Source of the DNA: a virus
IMG/VR virus record: IMGVR_UViG_3300018063_000012
Coordinates: 1-64,000 of that record
Strand: one strand, 5' to 3'
Length of the DNA stretch: 64,000 nucleotides
Part shown: piece by piece, positions 19,513 through 28,335 of the stretch
Numbering within the stretch: the first letter of the stretch is position 1
Layout of the letters: every line of letters begins with the position of its first letter
Program-made: the position numbers and the translations under genes
Notes under the pieces: generated by a model
The model's database searches: none
What the model was told of the DNA's origin: nothing
What the model saw: only the letters and a program-made list of their open reading frames with translations

Positions 19513-20315
19513 AGTTGAATAAAATTTACTGTGGTGATTCGGCAGAAGTAATGAAAGCAATACCAGACCGGTCAGTTGATATAGTGATAACAAGCTGTCC
19601 ATATAACTTCGGTCGCCCGTACGCGGACACGCATGACGGGTATAATTGGCCGGAGTATTATGCACTGATGGGAGCAGTCTGGGCGCAATGTATGCGGGTA
19701 TTAGTAAAGGGTGGACGTCTCTGTATCAACATCCAACCACGACTTCAGCATAAAGAACCGATACACAGGAAATTTACCACTCAGTTACTGGGTATGGGAA
19801 TGCTCTGGTTAGATGAAATTATATGGAATAAAAATAACTCCGCTCTATTTATGTTAAATGGTAAACCACATCCAGCAGAGCCTATGCTTCGATACACTTG
19901 GGAGTATATCGATATCTATTGCAAAGAAGCGTATAATAAACCAAGCCGCCGTAAGTTCGGCGACTTGGGTGCAGGGAGTGCAGGAGTAGATATTACTGAA
20001 GAAGAGTTTAAGAAATGGGCAGGAGCTATATGGACGATGGCACCAGAGAATCAGATGTCAACTAAATTTGACCATCCGGCAATGTTTTCTAAAGAACTGC
20101 CTAAGCGACTGATGAAGATGTATTCATATGTCGGCGATGTAGTTTTGGATCCTTTTAATGGGTGTGGAACTACGACTCTGGTAGCTAAACGTTTAAAGCG
20201 TAGATATATTGGGATTGATATATCAGAGCAGTATTGTCAAACAGCAAATGAACGTATGGAATCTGACGAAGGAATAGATATCGTTTGCGAACTAGTGAAA
20301 GAGGATGAGGTGTAA
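19506..20315 (+). CDS. DNA methyltransferase, N4-cytosine-like beta class
   Basis: VITSCPY (SPPY variant), HPAMF, DPFNGCGTT, YIGIDIS. Confidence 0.85.
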   Translation: MVELNKIYCGDSAEVMKAIPDRSVDIVITSCPYNFGRPYADTHDGYNWPEYYALMGAVWAQCMRVLVKGGRLCINIQPRLQHKEPIHRKFTTQLLGMGMLWLDEIIWNKNNSALFMLNGKPHPAEPMLRYTWEYIDIYCKEAYNKPSRRKFGDLGAGSAGVDITEEEFKKWAGAIWTMAPENQMSTKFDHPAMFSKELPKRLMKMYSYVGDVVLDPFNGCGTTTLVAKRLKRRYIGIDISEQYCQTANERMESDEGIDIVCELVKEDEV

Positions 20316-20316
20316 G

Positions 20317-20616
20317 ATGACTGAAGACAGGAAATTTGAACTGGTAATTATTCTCTGGGAAGATGCACACGAGGATTCGGATTGGATTGAGTATAATGAT
20401 ATACAAAGACTGGTAGGAACACCAACTATATGCAGACGAGTTGGGTGGCTTCTATTTGATGACGATGATGCAGTTATAGTTGCATCTGAAAGAGATGAGA
20501 ATAATAAGTTTTGCGATATAGTACGTATTCCACGCGGTATGATTAGAGGAAGGAAATTACTGAAAGCTGAAGCTATATGGTTACCCGGTCAGGACAAATT
20601 AAAATTAGAAAATTGA
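20317..20616 (+). CDS. Conserved-looking phage hypothetical protein
   Basis: V.I.W.DA....W...VGWL...IP.GMI pattern. Confidence 0.55.
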   Translation: MTEDRKFELVIILWEDAHEDSDWIEYNDIQRLVGTPTICRRVGWLLFDDDDAVIVASERDENNKFCDIVRIPRGMIRGRKLLKAEAIWLPGQDKLKLEN

Positions 20617-20656
20617 ATCTGTGCGCTAAGCGCAGAGATGTGAATGGCGTTATTGC

Positions 20657-20894
20657 AATGTCATATCCTCTTGTAGAATATTGGCTACGGTTAAAAAAAA
20701 TAACCTGTAGAGAAGATATTGAAGATATTCAACAGGATGTAGCAATGGAGATATGGAAACGTTTTACAGTAGGGACTGAAATTATTCAAGACCCATTCAG
20801 CTTGGAATTAGAGGCAATGACACAGGTGAAGACTTTACTACATCTTCATCTATTCAATAACGGACAAGTTTATGTGGAGGGATTATGCAATTGA
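20657..20894 (+). CDS. Sigma region-2-like small protein
   Basis: EDIEDIQQDVAMEIWK resembles DVEDLEQDVYIKMMK of ORF 18-752. Confidence 0.4.
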
Positions 20895-21550
20895 AATTAC
20901 CAAGTTTTTTCCAAGGACTAAAATTCACAGTAGGAATGGGGATCGCGGTTATCATCGCCATTTTTGTTCTACGGCTGGAATGCGAGAACCAACGACTGCG
21001 GAAACAAGTAGAGAGAGGGGACACCACACAGGTAGGCATAGTGATTCAGCCACCAGCAGTGAATAATGAGAATGCTGATTCTACTAAGACCAAGACTAAG
21101 ATTGTAAAGAAGAAAAAGACACTCCCTGATTCTACGCAGGTACTGGAGATTCATCATTATCCGTATGCAGTGACATACATTCACCAACCATTATTTGACT
21201 TGGAATTGCGCATCAATACAATGCCAGTAGATTCTACACGGGACTCCATAGATGTGAAATTTGACATTAAGTATGCACGGTGGAAGTTGATATTGAGATT
21301 CAGTGACCGATATAACTTCAAAAATGGTTTTAGGATAGAGACAGACCCGGCCGGAATTATAGGACAACCGGTAGTGGATTGGGGCAACTATACAGCAACT
21401 AAAAAGCCGAGGTCATTTGGTTTAGCCGCTGGGGGCGGAGTTTTCTTTCATAAACCGGTAGTCGCTGGCGGATTGCAAATCAAGAAGTATACTTTTATCT
21501 ATGTTCAAGGAGATAAATCTAGGGGGTTTTTGATTCTTCGGAGTTTTTAA
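20885..21550 (+). CDS. Membrane-anchored protein (spanin-like?)
   Basis: N-terminal TM, coiled segment, C-terminal beta-strand-rich FGLAAGGGV. Confidence 0.5.
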   Translation: MQLKLPSFFQGLKFTVGMGIAVIIAIFVLRLECENQRLRKQVERGDTTQVGIVIQPPAVNNENADSTKTKTKIVKKKKTLPDSTQVLEIHHYPYAVTYIHQPLFDLELRINTMPVDSTRDSIDVKFDIKYARWKLILRFSDRYNFKNGFRIETDPAGIIGQPVVDWGNYTATKKPRSFGLAAGGGVFFHKPVVAGGLQIKKYTFIYVQGDKSRGFLILRSF

Positions 21551-21610
21551 ATGAAATTAGAGGTGAACAAATGATGATGTTGATTAAAAAGATTATAGAA
21601 GAGGAAAATA

Positions 21611-21862
21611 ATGCCTAATTACAGTTATGTATGCAGTCGACATGGTATTTTTGATTTGTTGCGTCCGATGAAGGAATGCAGTCAAAAAGGTGAATGCCCA
21701 GAATGTAAGGACTTATGTGAAAAAGTTATTGTAGCACCCAATGTAAACATTCCGCTTCAACACCAATCATCCCCTAAAACTAAAGGGAAATCAATGGACT
21801 GGATTCAGAAAAATTACGCCGGTAGTGCGGCCGACCCTAACTATGGCAAGAAGAAGGGATGA
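21611..21862 (+). CDS. FmdB-family zinc-ribbon protein
   Basis: MP.Y.Y.C..HG.FD......CPEC. Confidence 0.75.
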   Translation: MPNYSYVCSRHGIFDLLRPMKECSQKGECPECKDLCEKVIVAPNVNIPLQHQSSPKTKGKSMDWIQKNYAGSAADPNYGKKKG

Positions 21863-22038
21863 GTTTATCTAAACCGTTACTAAGAATTGCCGAGGAACAA
21901 GGACTAAAAGAGACTCCAAAAGCGATTAGAGAGTTTCTGATGAAACTAAAGAATCAGGGGTATAACTGGTCAGAGATAGCCGTGATTTGCGGAGTATCGA
22001 CTAAAAGTTTATCAGTATGGCGGAAGATGTTAAAATGA
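21859..22038 (+). CDS. Small HTH protein (59 aa, not in ORF track)
   Basis: QGYNWSEIAVICGVSTKSLSVWRK; ATGA overlaps on both sides. Confidence 0.65.
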   Translation: MSLSKPLLRIAEEQGLKETPKAIREFLMKLKNQGYNWSEIAVICGVSTKSLSVWRKMLK

Positions 22039-22664
22039 CGAAAACAAAAAGACTATTGACAGAAGAGCATACAAAGTATGCACTGAAAAGGGGCTGGGCA
22101 GAGAGTGAGCTAAAAGCCATTGGTGTTTATTCCGGAACGGGTCCGATTATTGGTAAAATATGCTTTCCTCTGACTACATTTACTGGCGCAGAGATTGGAG
22201 TAGTGGCCCGAAATATAGAAGGTAAAAAGGAGTATGTCTTTCGTTTCTGGGAGCAGTTTTGGTCCTACTTTGTCTGGAAACCTAAAGATAACGATAAAAC
22301 AATAGTTCTCTGTGAAGGGCCTTTTGACTTGGGATGGATACTATCAAATGGATTTAATGGGGCCGCATACTTAGGGTCCGGACTGAATCAGGCGCAGGCT
22401 AAAGTGATAGCCAGATTTTATGATAATGTAATTTTCATTCCTGATAATGATGCGGCCGGACTGAATGGATTTAAGCGGTCAGAGATTATGTTGGAGAGAA
22501 TGGGTGTGAATGTCTTCTCCCTGCGCACGATAGGATGTAAAGATGTCTCTGAGCTTTGTGAGACTTACCCTAAAGAGGCAGGCACATTTTTTGCAATACT
22601 AAGAGATAGAATGCTGAAGATTAAAACTGCAGATTTATCAATTGAATTTTCAGGAATGGATTAA
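22035..22664 (+). CDS. DNA primase, TOPRIM domain only
   Basis: LCEGPFD, PDNDAAG, KD motifs; no Zn-binding domain. Confidence 0.8.
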   Translation: MTKTKRLLTEEHTKYALKRGWAESELKAIGVYSGTGPIIGKICFPLTTFTGAEIGVVARNIEGKKEYVFRFWEQFWSYFVWKPKDNDKTIVLCEGPFDLGWILSNGFNGAAYLGSGLNQAQAKVIARFYDNVIFIPDNDAAGLNGFKRSEIMLERMGVNVFSLRTIGCKDVSELCETYPKEAGTFFAILRDRMLKIKTADLSIEFSGMD

Positions 22665-23917
22665 TGAGTAGTGAGAATCTAAGAAATAAATGGCGTCCGC
22701 AAACCTTTGAAGAGGTTGTAGGACAAATAGAAGTTGTGAAAACACTTAAAGCTCACGTTGCTAAGAACCAAGTATTGAATACTCACTATCTAATTGTCGG
22801 ACCGTACGGAACCGGTAAAACTACAATAGGTAAAATCCTTGCAAAAGCCATGATGTGTCCAGATAGACCTGAAGGTGGAACAGACGGGTGCGGAAAATGC
22901 GAAACGTGCAGAGGGGTATCCGAAGGTTTCGCTACGGACTACGAGGAATTAAACGCCGGCGCTTTCGAAGATGTAGCAATTGTTAAGAGGAAAATAAAAG
23001 ACGCACAGTTTTTCCCAATGGGTAACGCCAAGTGTAAGGTCTGGATTATAGATGAATGTCATAAATTAACTAAAGGTATGGCCGAGGCATTACTCCAACT
23101 TTTAGAAATGGAGAATCTTCCAACACGATTTATTTTCCTGACTACTGAACAACATAAGATACTAGATACAATTAAGAGTCGATTGGATTATTTTGAATTA
23201 AGCCTGATAGACCAGTATGAAGTCAAACGTCAATTAATTAAAATTTGTCAGTCAGAGAATTTCCAGTATGAAGATAAAGCTCTCGATTTGATTGTCACTC
23301 GGTCGCGCGGGCATATGCGGAATGCCGTAGGTGCCCTTAATACATATGCGGGTAACCTAACATATAAAGAACTGCTTGATAAGATGGGCGACTCTGACGA
23401 TGTATATGTTGAGCACTTTCTCAAAGCAATTAAAATGGGGGTTCCAGCCGTGCAAGAGCTAGTTATTAAGTTTAACTCAGAAGCTCGGAAGGATAGAAGT
23501 GAAAATGAGGCAGTTATCAAGTTGGAAAAAAAGCAAGGCGAATATATTACAGAGAAACTTAGAACAGATAGACAATTCATACTACTCGCTGAAGCTGTAA
23601 TGAACTATGTGGGATTAGCAATTCTGAATGTACCGGGTAAAAATAATTGCGGATTCGGGACTGAACAGCTCCTAACTATCTTCAAGACATTTGATAATTT
23701 GAGAACAGAGTTTAATACTGGTGGCGGTCAATGGGTAAGACTGTTAGGCGCGCTTATGGAATTAGCACGCGCGTACGAGCGCAAGACACTCGGGAGCGAG
23801 AGCTTCTATGTCTCCGCCAAACAGAGAGACCAAGCATTACAGACAGGTAAGATAAAAGATGAGAAGTCAGAATTAACTGTCCTATATGCTGGTGCTAAAA
23901 AGAAAGTGACTGAATGA
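22664..23917 (+). CDS. dnaX: DNA polymerase III gamma/tau-like clamp loader ATPase
   Basis: KWRPQTFEEVVGQ, GPYGTGKTT, Zn module C..C..C..C, IIDECHKL, TIKSR, G.MRNA. Confidence 0.88.
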   Translation: MSSENLRNKWRPQTFEEVVGQIEVVKTLKAHVAKNQVLNTHYLIVGPYGTGKTTIGKILAKAMMCPDRPEGGTDGCGKCETCRGVSEGFATDYEELNAGAFEDVAIVKRKIKDAQFFPMGNAKCKVWIIDECHKLTKGMAEALLQLLEMENLPTRFIFLTTEQHKILDTIKSRLDYFELSLIDQYEVKRQLIKICQSENFQYEDKALDLIVTRSRGHMRNAVGALNTYAGNLTYKELLDKMGDSDDVYVEHFLKAIKMGVPAVQELVIKFNSEARKDRSENEAVIKLEKKQGEYITEKLRTDRQFILLAEAVMNYVGLAILNVPGKNNCGFGTEQLLTIFKTFDNLRTEFNTGGGQWVRLLGALMELARAYERKTLGSESFYVSAKQRDQALQTGKIKDEKSELTVLYAGAKKKVTE

Positions 23918-23949
23918 GAATAAATACAAAACAAACGGAGGATTGATAT

Positions 23950-24393
23950 ATGGCTACATCATTTTATGGCAAAGGTAGAAATGCTTTTGCGTTCGGGGAT
24001 ATTGTTTGGAAAGCTTCGGGTGGGTCTACAATTAAGATGACATTGATTGATACCGCTGATTATGTAATTGGTGCCAATATTGATGTTCATCAATATATGA
24101 ATTTAGATACTGTCGTAGCGGCGGCTAAAATTGCTACAGCAACATTGACTTTGATTGATGGCGCACTCGGTGTATTAGATGCCGCAGACGGGGCATTCGC
24201 ATCCGTTTCTGGAGATTCTGTAGAAGCAATTATTATTTGGAAAGATGGGGGTGGTGGTGGAACATCACAAAGCGGAACTACTGATTTATTGTTAATGTAT
24301 ATTGACAATTCGAACGGATTGCCTATTACGCCAAACGGACTCGATATTAATTATGCGTTTGATAATGGCGCAAATAAACTAGCCAAGTTATAA
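23950..24393 (+). CDS. Probable virion structural protein
   Basis: Beta-rich, ends LL.YID...LPITPNG.DI...D. Confidence 0.55.
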   Translation: MATSFYGKGRNAFAFGDIVWKASGGSTIKMTLIDTADYVIGANIDVHQYMNLDTVVAAAKIATATLTLIDGALGVLDAADGAFASVSGDSVEAIIIWKDGGGGGTSQSGTTDLLLMYIDNSNGLPITPNGLDINYAFDNGANKLAKL

Positions 24394-24416
24394 TTTGGTT
24401 CAAATTTCACCACATT

Positions 24417-24438
24417 AGCCAGCCAAGTGCTGGCTTTT
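24417..24438 (+). terminator. Rho-independent terminator-like hairpin
   Basis: AGCCAGC-caagt-GCTGGCT followed by TTT. Confidence 0.5.
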
Positions 24439-24457
24439 GGTGTTTAGAGGAAGGTAA

Positions 24458-26212
24458 ATGGCCGCTCCTACATTACAAGCTGCAGGTGCTACAATTGCTA
24501 ATACAACTGGGACTTTAACAGTTGTTCTTCCTGCACATCAGACAGATGATATTCTGATTCTGTGTCTCTCTATATGGGCACCAAATTCAACTTTACCTAT
24601 CGCTGACATTCCAACACCAACGGGTTGGACTCTAATTGAAACTTTAACCAATGGACTAGAATCTGGTTGGATAGCTGTCTTTTGGATAAGGGCAACTGTC
24701 GCCGGAGTTACGAATCCGATTTGTTTGAGAGGTGCGCTTTGGGATACTGGAACGGATACCAATTTTGGGGGCAGAGCTTATGTGATTCGTGGCTGTATTG
24801 TAAGTGGGGATCCTTGGGATGCAGAAATATTTGTGGGACCTTACACATCCGCTAATCAACCTTTTGCCGCAATAACTGTTTCAGGTTCTGAAAGATTAGT
24901 TATCCATTTTGGACTGATAACCGATAATTTATCTTTCTCTATGGCTTCCTCAGGTTGGACTACGGGAACGGAAGACAATGACCCAGCCGGAACCGATTGT
25001 TCTTTTCAGACTGCACGGAAAGATAATGTTTCTTCAAGCACTTCTGCTGATACAGCCACTGTAACGGCTCCTGGGCAAGGATTTTATGGATTCTTAGGTG
25101 CTTCTTTTAAACCACCGCCAGTTGTCCAAAATATTACTAATATTGGTGCCATCGCCTCTGGCGAAGCAATAGGAACCTTATCTTTAACTCAAGAACAAAT
25201 AATTACCGCTATTGGTAATATAGCGTCTGCTGAAGCAATTGGCATTGTAACTTTAACACAGATTCAATTAATTACGTCTATTGGCGGTATAGCGTCCGCA
25301 GAAGCTCCCGGAACTTTATCACTAAATTTGAATTTAAGTACCATTGGTGGAATAGCTTCTGCAGAAGCCTTCGGCACTTTAGCCCTACAACTTAACTTAT
25401 CCTCAATTGGTGGAATTCCTACAGGAGAATCCTTTGGTTCCGCCCAGTTAACTCCTGTTCAATTATTATCCTCAATTGGTGGAATCGCCTCTGGCGAAGC
25501 CATCGGAACAGCGTTACTTACTCTTAATTTATCTGGAATCGGCGGCATCTTTTCAGAGGAAGGATTTGGAGTACTAACTTTAACTCCTGTTCAATTATTA
25601 AGCTTAATCGGCGGAATCACCACAGGAGAAGCCGTTGGCACTGCCCAGTTAACTCTTAATTTATCTGGAATCGGTGGAATAGATTCCAGTGAAGCCGCAG
25701 GGATATTATCCCTTAAACTAAACATATCGATTATCGGAGGAATTAATTCTCAAGAAGATATAGGAATATTGTCCTTGACTGGAGAAGGGCAAGGATTAAC
25801 CAATATTGGCGGTATAGCGTCTGGAGAGGCTATTGGAGTACTAACTTTAACTCCTGTTCAATTATTAAGCTTAATCGGCGGAATCGCTTCTGATGAATCT
25901 GTCGGGACTATTAGTCTTCGACTTGATTTAAATAGCATCGGCGGCATCCCTTCCGGGGAGGTTATCGGCCAATTAAACCTTATTCCTATTCAACTGGTTA
26001 CTAATATCGGAGGTATCGAATCGGCAGAGATTGTTGGTATTATATCATTAGGGGAGGGAACTGATATCACTAATATTGGTGGTATAAGTGGAGAGGAGTT
26101 AATTGGTACTATGACTATAAAATTTAATGTTACTAATGCCGATAGATTGAGGATTAGAAGAATGTGTATGAAAAGGGCTAGGGTTCCGATACCTACTGGG
26201 GGGGGGGAATAA
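24458..26212 (+). CDS. Virion fibre/stalk protein with ~25-aa tandem repeats
   Basis: Globular N-terminal domain, then more than a dozen IGGI.S.E..G.L.L repeats. Confidence 0.65.
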   Translation: MAAPTLQAAGATIANTTGTLTVVLPAHQTDDILILCLSIWAPNSTLPIADIPTPTGWTLIETLTNGLESGWIAVFWIRATVAGVTNPICLRGALWDTGTDTNFGGRAYVIRGCIVSGDPWDAEIFVGPYTSANQPFAAITVSGSERLVIHFGLITDNLSFSMASSGWTTGTEDNDPAGTDCSFQTARKDNVSSSTSADTATVTAPGQGFYGFLGASFKPPPVVQNITNIGAIASGEAIGTLSLTQEQIITAIGNIASAEAIGIVTLTQIQLITSIGGIASAEAPGTLSLNLNLSTIGGIASAEAFGTLALQLNLSSIGGIPTGESFGSAQLTPVQLLSSIGGIASGEAIGTALLTLNLSGIGGIFSEEGFGVLTLTPVQLLSLIGGITTGEAVGTAQLTLNLSGIGGIDSSEAAGILSLKLNISIIGGINSQEDIGILSLTGEGQGLTNIGGIASGEAIGVLTLTPVQLLSLIGGIASDESVGTISLRLDLNSIGGIPSGEVIGQLNLIPIQLVTNIGGIESAEIVGIISLGEGTDITNIGGISGEELIGTMTIKFNVTNADRLRIRRMCMKRARVPIPTGGGE

Positions 26213-26216
26213 ATAA

Positions 26217-27026
26217 ATGAGAATAGTTAAACAAAATCAAATAGCTTGGGTAGCTGTAGTTTTATGGAATGAATTTGATGGTATTTCCCCGATAGAAGGT
26301 AAGACGTATACTAATTTTACAGTTAAGTATGCGAAAGAAGGAGCAACATCTTTAACTACTAAAGTTTTAGCCGACACAGATTTTCGTGAAATTGGACGGG
26401 GTATTTATGAGATTAGATTTACTGCAGTGGAGTTAAATACTTTAGGAATAATAAAAATATCTGTAGATGTATCTGGCGCAGTAACTTATCATACTTTTTT
26501 AGATGTATCTAGAGTTCCATTTACTGATATGGTGAGCAAAGTTACAGATTGGGATCCAGAGGTATCAGCCGAATCAGACCATAGGTCTTTAACGATGACC
26601 ATTCAACTGAATGGCGTTTTCTATAATTTGGTAGATAAGGCAGTCGTGTATGATAAGTCACTCCTGACTAAAACTTACTTTAAACAGAACGAGAAGAAAG
26701 TATCATTTGTAGCGACGATTTCAGGACTGGATTATGACGCTACTGGCAGTACTGTTTTATTTACAATGAGGCGACAAAGTGACCCACTTAAAGCGAAGAC
26801 ACCTAAGATTGATTCAGCCGCAGGGGAATTAATAAGTTCGACAGACTTGGGTAACGGACTATGGGAGATAGTCCTAAAATATACCTTTGATAATACAGAC
26901 CTGTCAGAACTGGGAGCTTTCTGGGGTGAGTTTGAAGTAGATACCAACTCCGGAACATCGGAGATAATTAACTTCTTCCCTGACGAGGTCGAGGGCTTCC
27001 CGATTAACGTAATTTCATCTATCTAA
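26217..27026 (+). CDS. Probable structural/baseplate-associated protein (BppU-like)
   Basis: G.TV.FTMR.....I.....Y.F...D....G.FWGEFEV pattern. Confidence 0.5.
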   Translation: MRIVKQNQIAWVAVVLWNEFDGISPIEGKTYTNFTVKYAKEGATSLTTKVLADTDFREIGRGIYEIRFTAVELNTLGIIKISVDVSGAVTYHTFLDVSRVPFTDMVSKVTDWDPEVSAESDHRSLTMTIQLNGVFYNLVDKAVVYDKSLLTKTYFKQNEKKVSFVATISGLDYDATGSTVLFTMRRQSDPLKAKTPKIDSAAGELISSTDLGNGLWEIVLKYTFDNTDLSELGAFWGEFEVDTNSGTSEIINFFPDEVEGFPINVISSI

Positions 27027-27040
27027 ATAAAGGAGAGAGA

Positions 27041-27490
27041 ATGTTTACAATTTACCTAGCTCATCCGATGACAGGGCTAACTACAGAGGAAGTTACTGAT
27101 TACTATTCAGAGATTAAACGTATACTTGCAGATATGGGATATTGCGTTTTACATCCTATGGTAGCTAAGGGAGTAGATTTAAATGGTGTTATTCGACCAA
27201 CAGGAGAAGTGAGCTCTGTGTGTAATAAGCACGCTGTAATTGAACGGGATAGCTGGATGGTTAATCAAGCCGATGTTGTGTATCTGGACCTGTCCGGTTC
27301 ATCACAGATATCAATTGGGTGTATGATGGAGTTAGCTTGGTCTTACATACTTAAGAAACATACTATTGTTGTGATGCCAAAAGGTAATATTCACGAGCAC
27401 TACTTTTCTTTGGAGGCATCAGATATAATCTTCGAAACGAATACTGAAGCGATAAACTATTTGAAGAAATTAGCGATGCAGGAGATATAA
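27041..27490 (+). CDS. Nucleoside 2-deoxyribosyltransferase-like protein
   Basis: IYLAHPMTG, RD...V..AD, S.G.MMEL. Confidence 0.8.
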   Translation: MFTIYLAHPMTGLTTEEVTDYYSEIKRILADMGYCVLHPMVAKGVDLNGVIRPTGEVSSVCNKHAVIERDSWMVNQADVVYLDLSGSSQISIGCMMELAWSYILKKHTIVVMPKGNIHEHYFSLEASDIIFETNTEAINYLKKLAMQEI

Positions 27491-27760
27491 ATGACTTGGA
27501 CAGACGAAGCCCGTAGAGCATCCGCTTTAGCACGTAGAGGTAAGAAAGTAGTCATTCCTAAACAACCTACTCATAAACAAATGGTAGGTCAACTTTTAAA
27601 GTGGAAACCGGAAAATTTATTTACAGCCCACTATCGGGCAATTGTGCATAAGATGGGGGGTCCCCCATGGAACCCAGCACAACTAAAAGCAATCAAAACC
27701 GCGTTTAATAAACGTTGGCCGGAATATCATAAAAAATGGCCGAGGATGTATCCGAAATGA
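27491..27760 (+). CDS. Basic 'MAW-tag' family protein (dispersed copy)
   Basis: MTWTDEARRASALARRG; first 52 nt identical to 15674. Confidence 0.75.
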   Translation: MTWTDEARRASALARRGKKVVIPKQPTHKQMVGQLLKWKPENLFTAHYRAIVHKMGGPPWNPAQLKAIKTAFNKRWPEYHKKWPRMYPK

Positions 27761-28335
27761 AAAAAGTAAGAGACGAGATACTTAAACTGGTTCTATCTGA
27801 AATAGAACCAAAGGGTAAGTCCCCAGTAGCACTATCGCCGCATTTCGCAGAGATTATCGCCCGGGTGCTCTGTGGATTCTCTTGGAAAGAGATTGCGACT
27901 TGGCTAAAGGAATCATATCAGGAAGAGATAAAATGGGAAGATATTCGTCTTTACTATGATAGATTCCTACGGGATGATTATAGAGACTTACGAAATAATG
28001 AAAGAGACCTTGTATTAGATACCTTGCAGGAGATGAATAATCGTTATCACGAGATTCGGAAGTTGAATAAGGATTGTGCCACTGACTTAGTAGCGGCAAA
28101 GATTTCATGGAGTAAAGAACTACAGGAAGGACTAAAGCTGGAGATGATGTTTCTTAAGAACATACGGGAGATACAGAAAGAAATGGGAATGTTAAAACAA
28201 CCCGAAGTTGAGGCACCAACCCCAGAACAAGCATTAGGTTTTCCTATGGAAGACCAAACTTTAAACCAGATCGAGAAAATACTCATGGACACAATTAAAC
28301 AGGAGATGAAATCTGGGACAATTGAGGAAAGGTAA
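27757..28335 (+). CDS. Probable terminase small subunit
   Basis: HTH-like GFSWKEIATWLKE + coiled coil, immediately upstream of terL. Confidence 0.55.
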   Translation: MKKVRDEILKLVLSEIEPKGKSPVALSPHFAEIIARVLCGFSWKEIATWLKESYQEEIKWEDIRLYYDRFLRDDYRDLRNNERDLVLDTLQEMNNRYHEIRKLNKDCATDLVAAKISWSKELQEGLKLEMMFLKNIREIQKEMGMLKQPEVEAPTPEQALGFPMEDQTLNQIEKILMDTIKQEMKSGTIEER

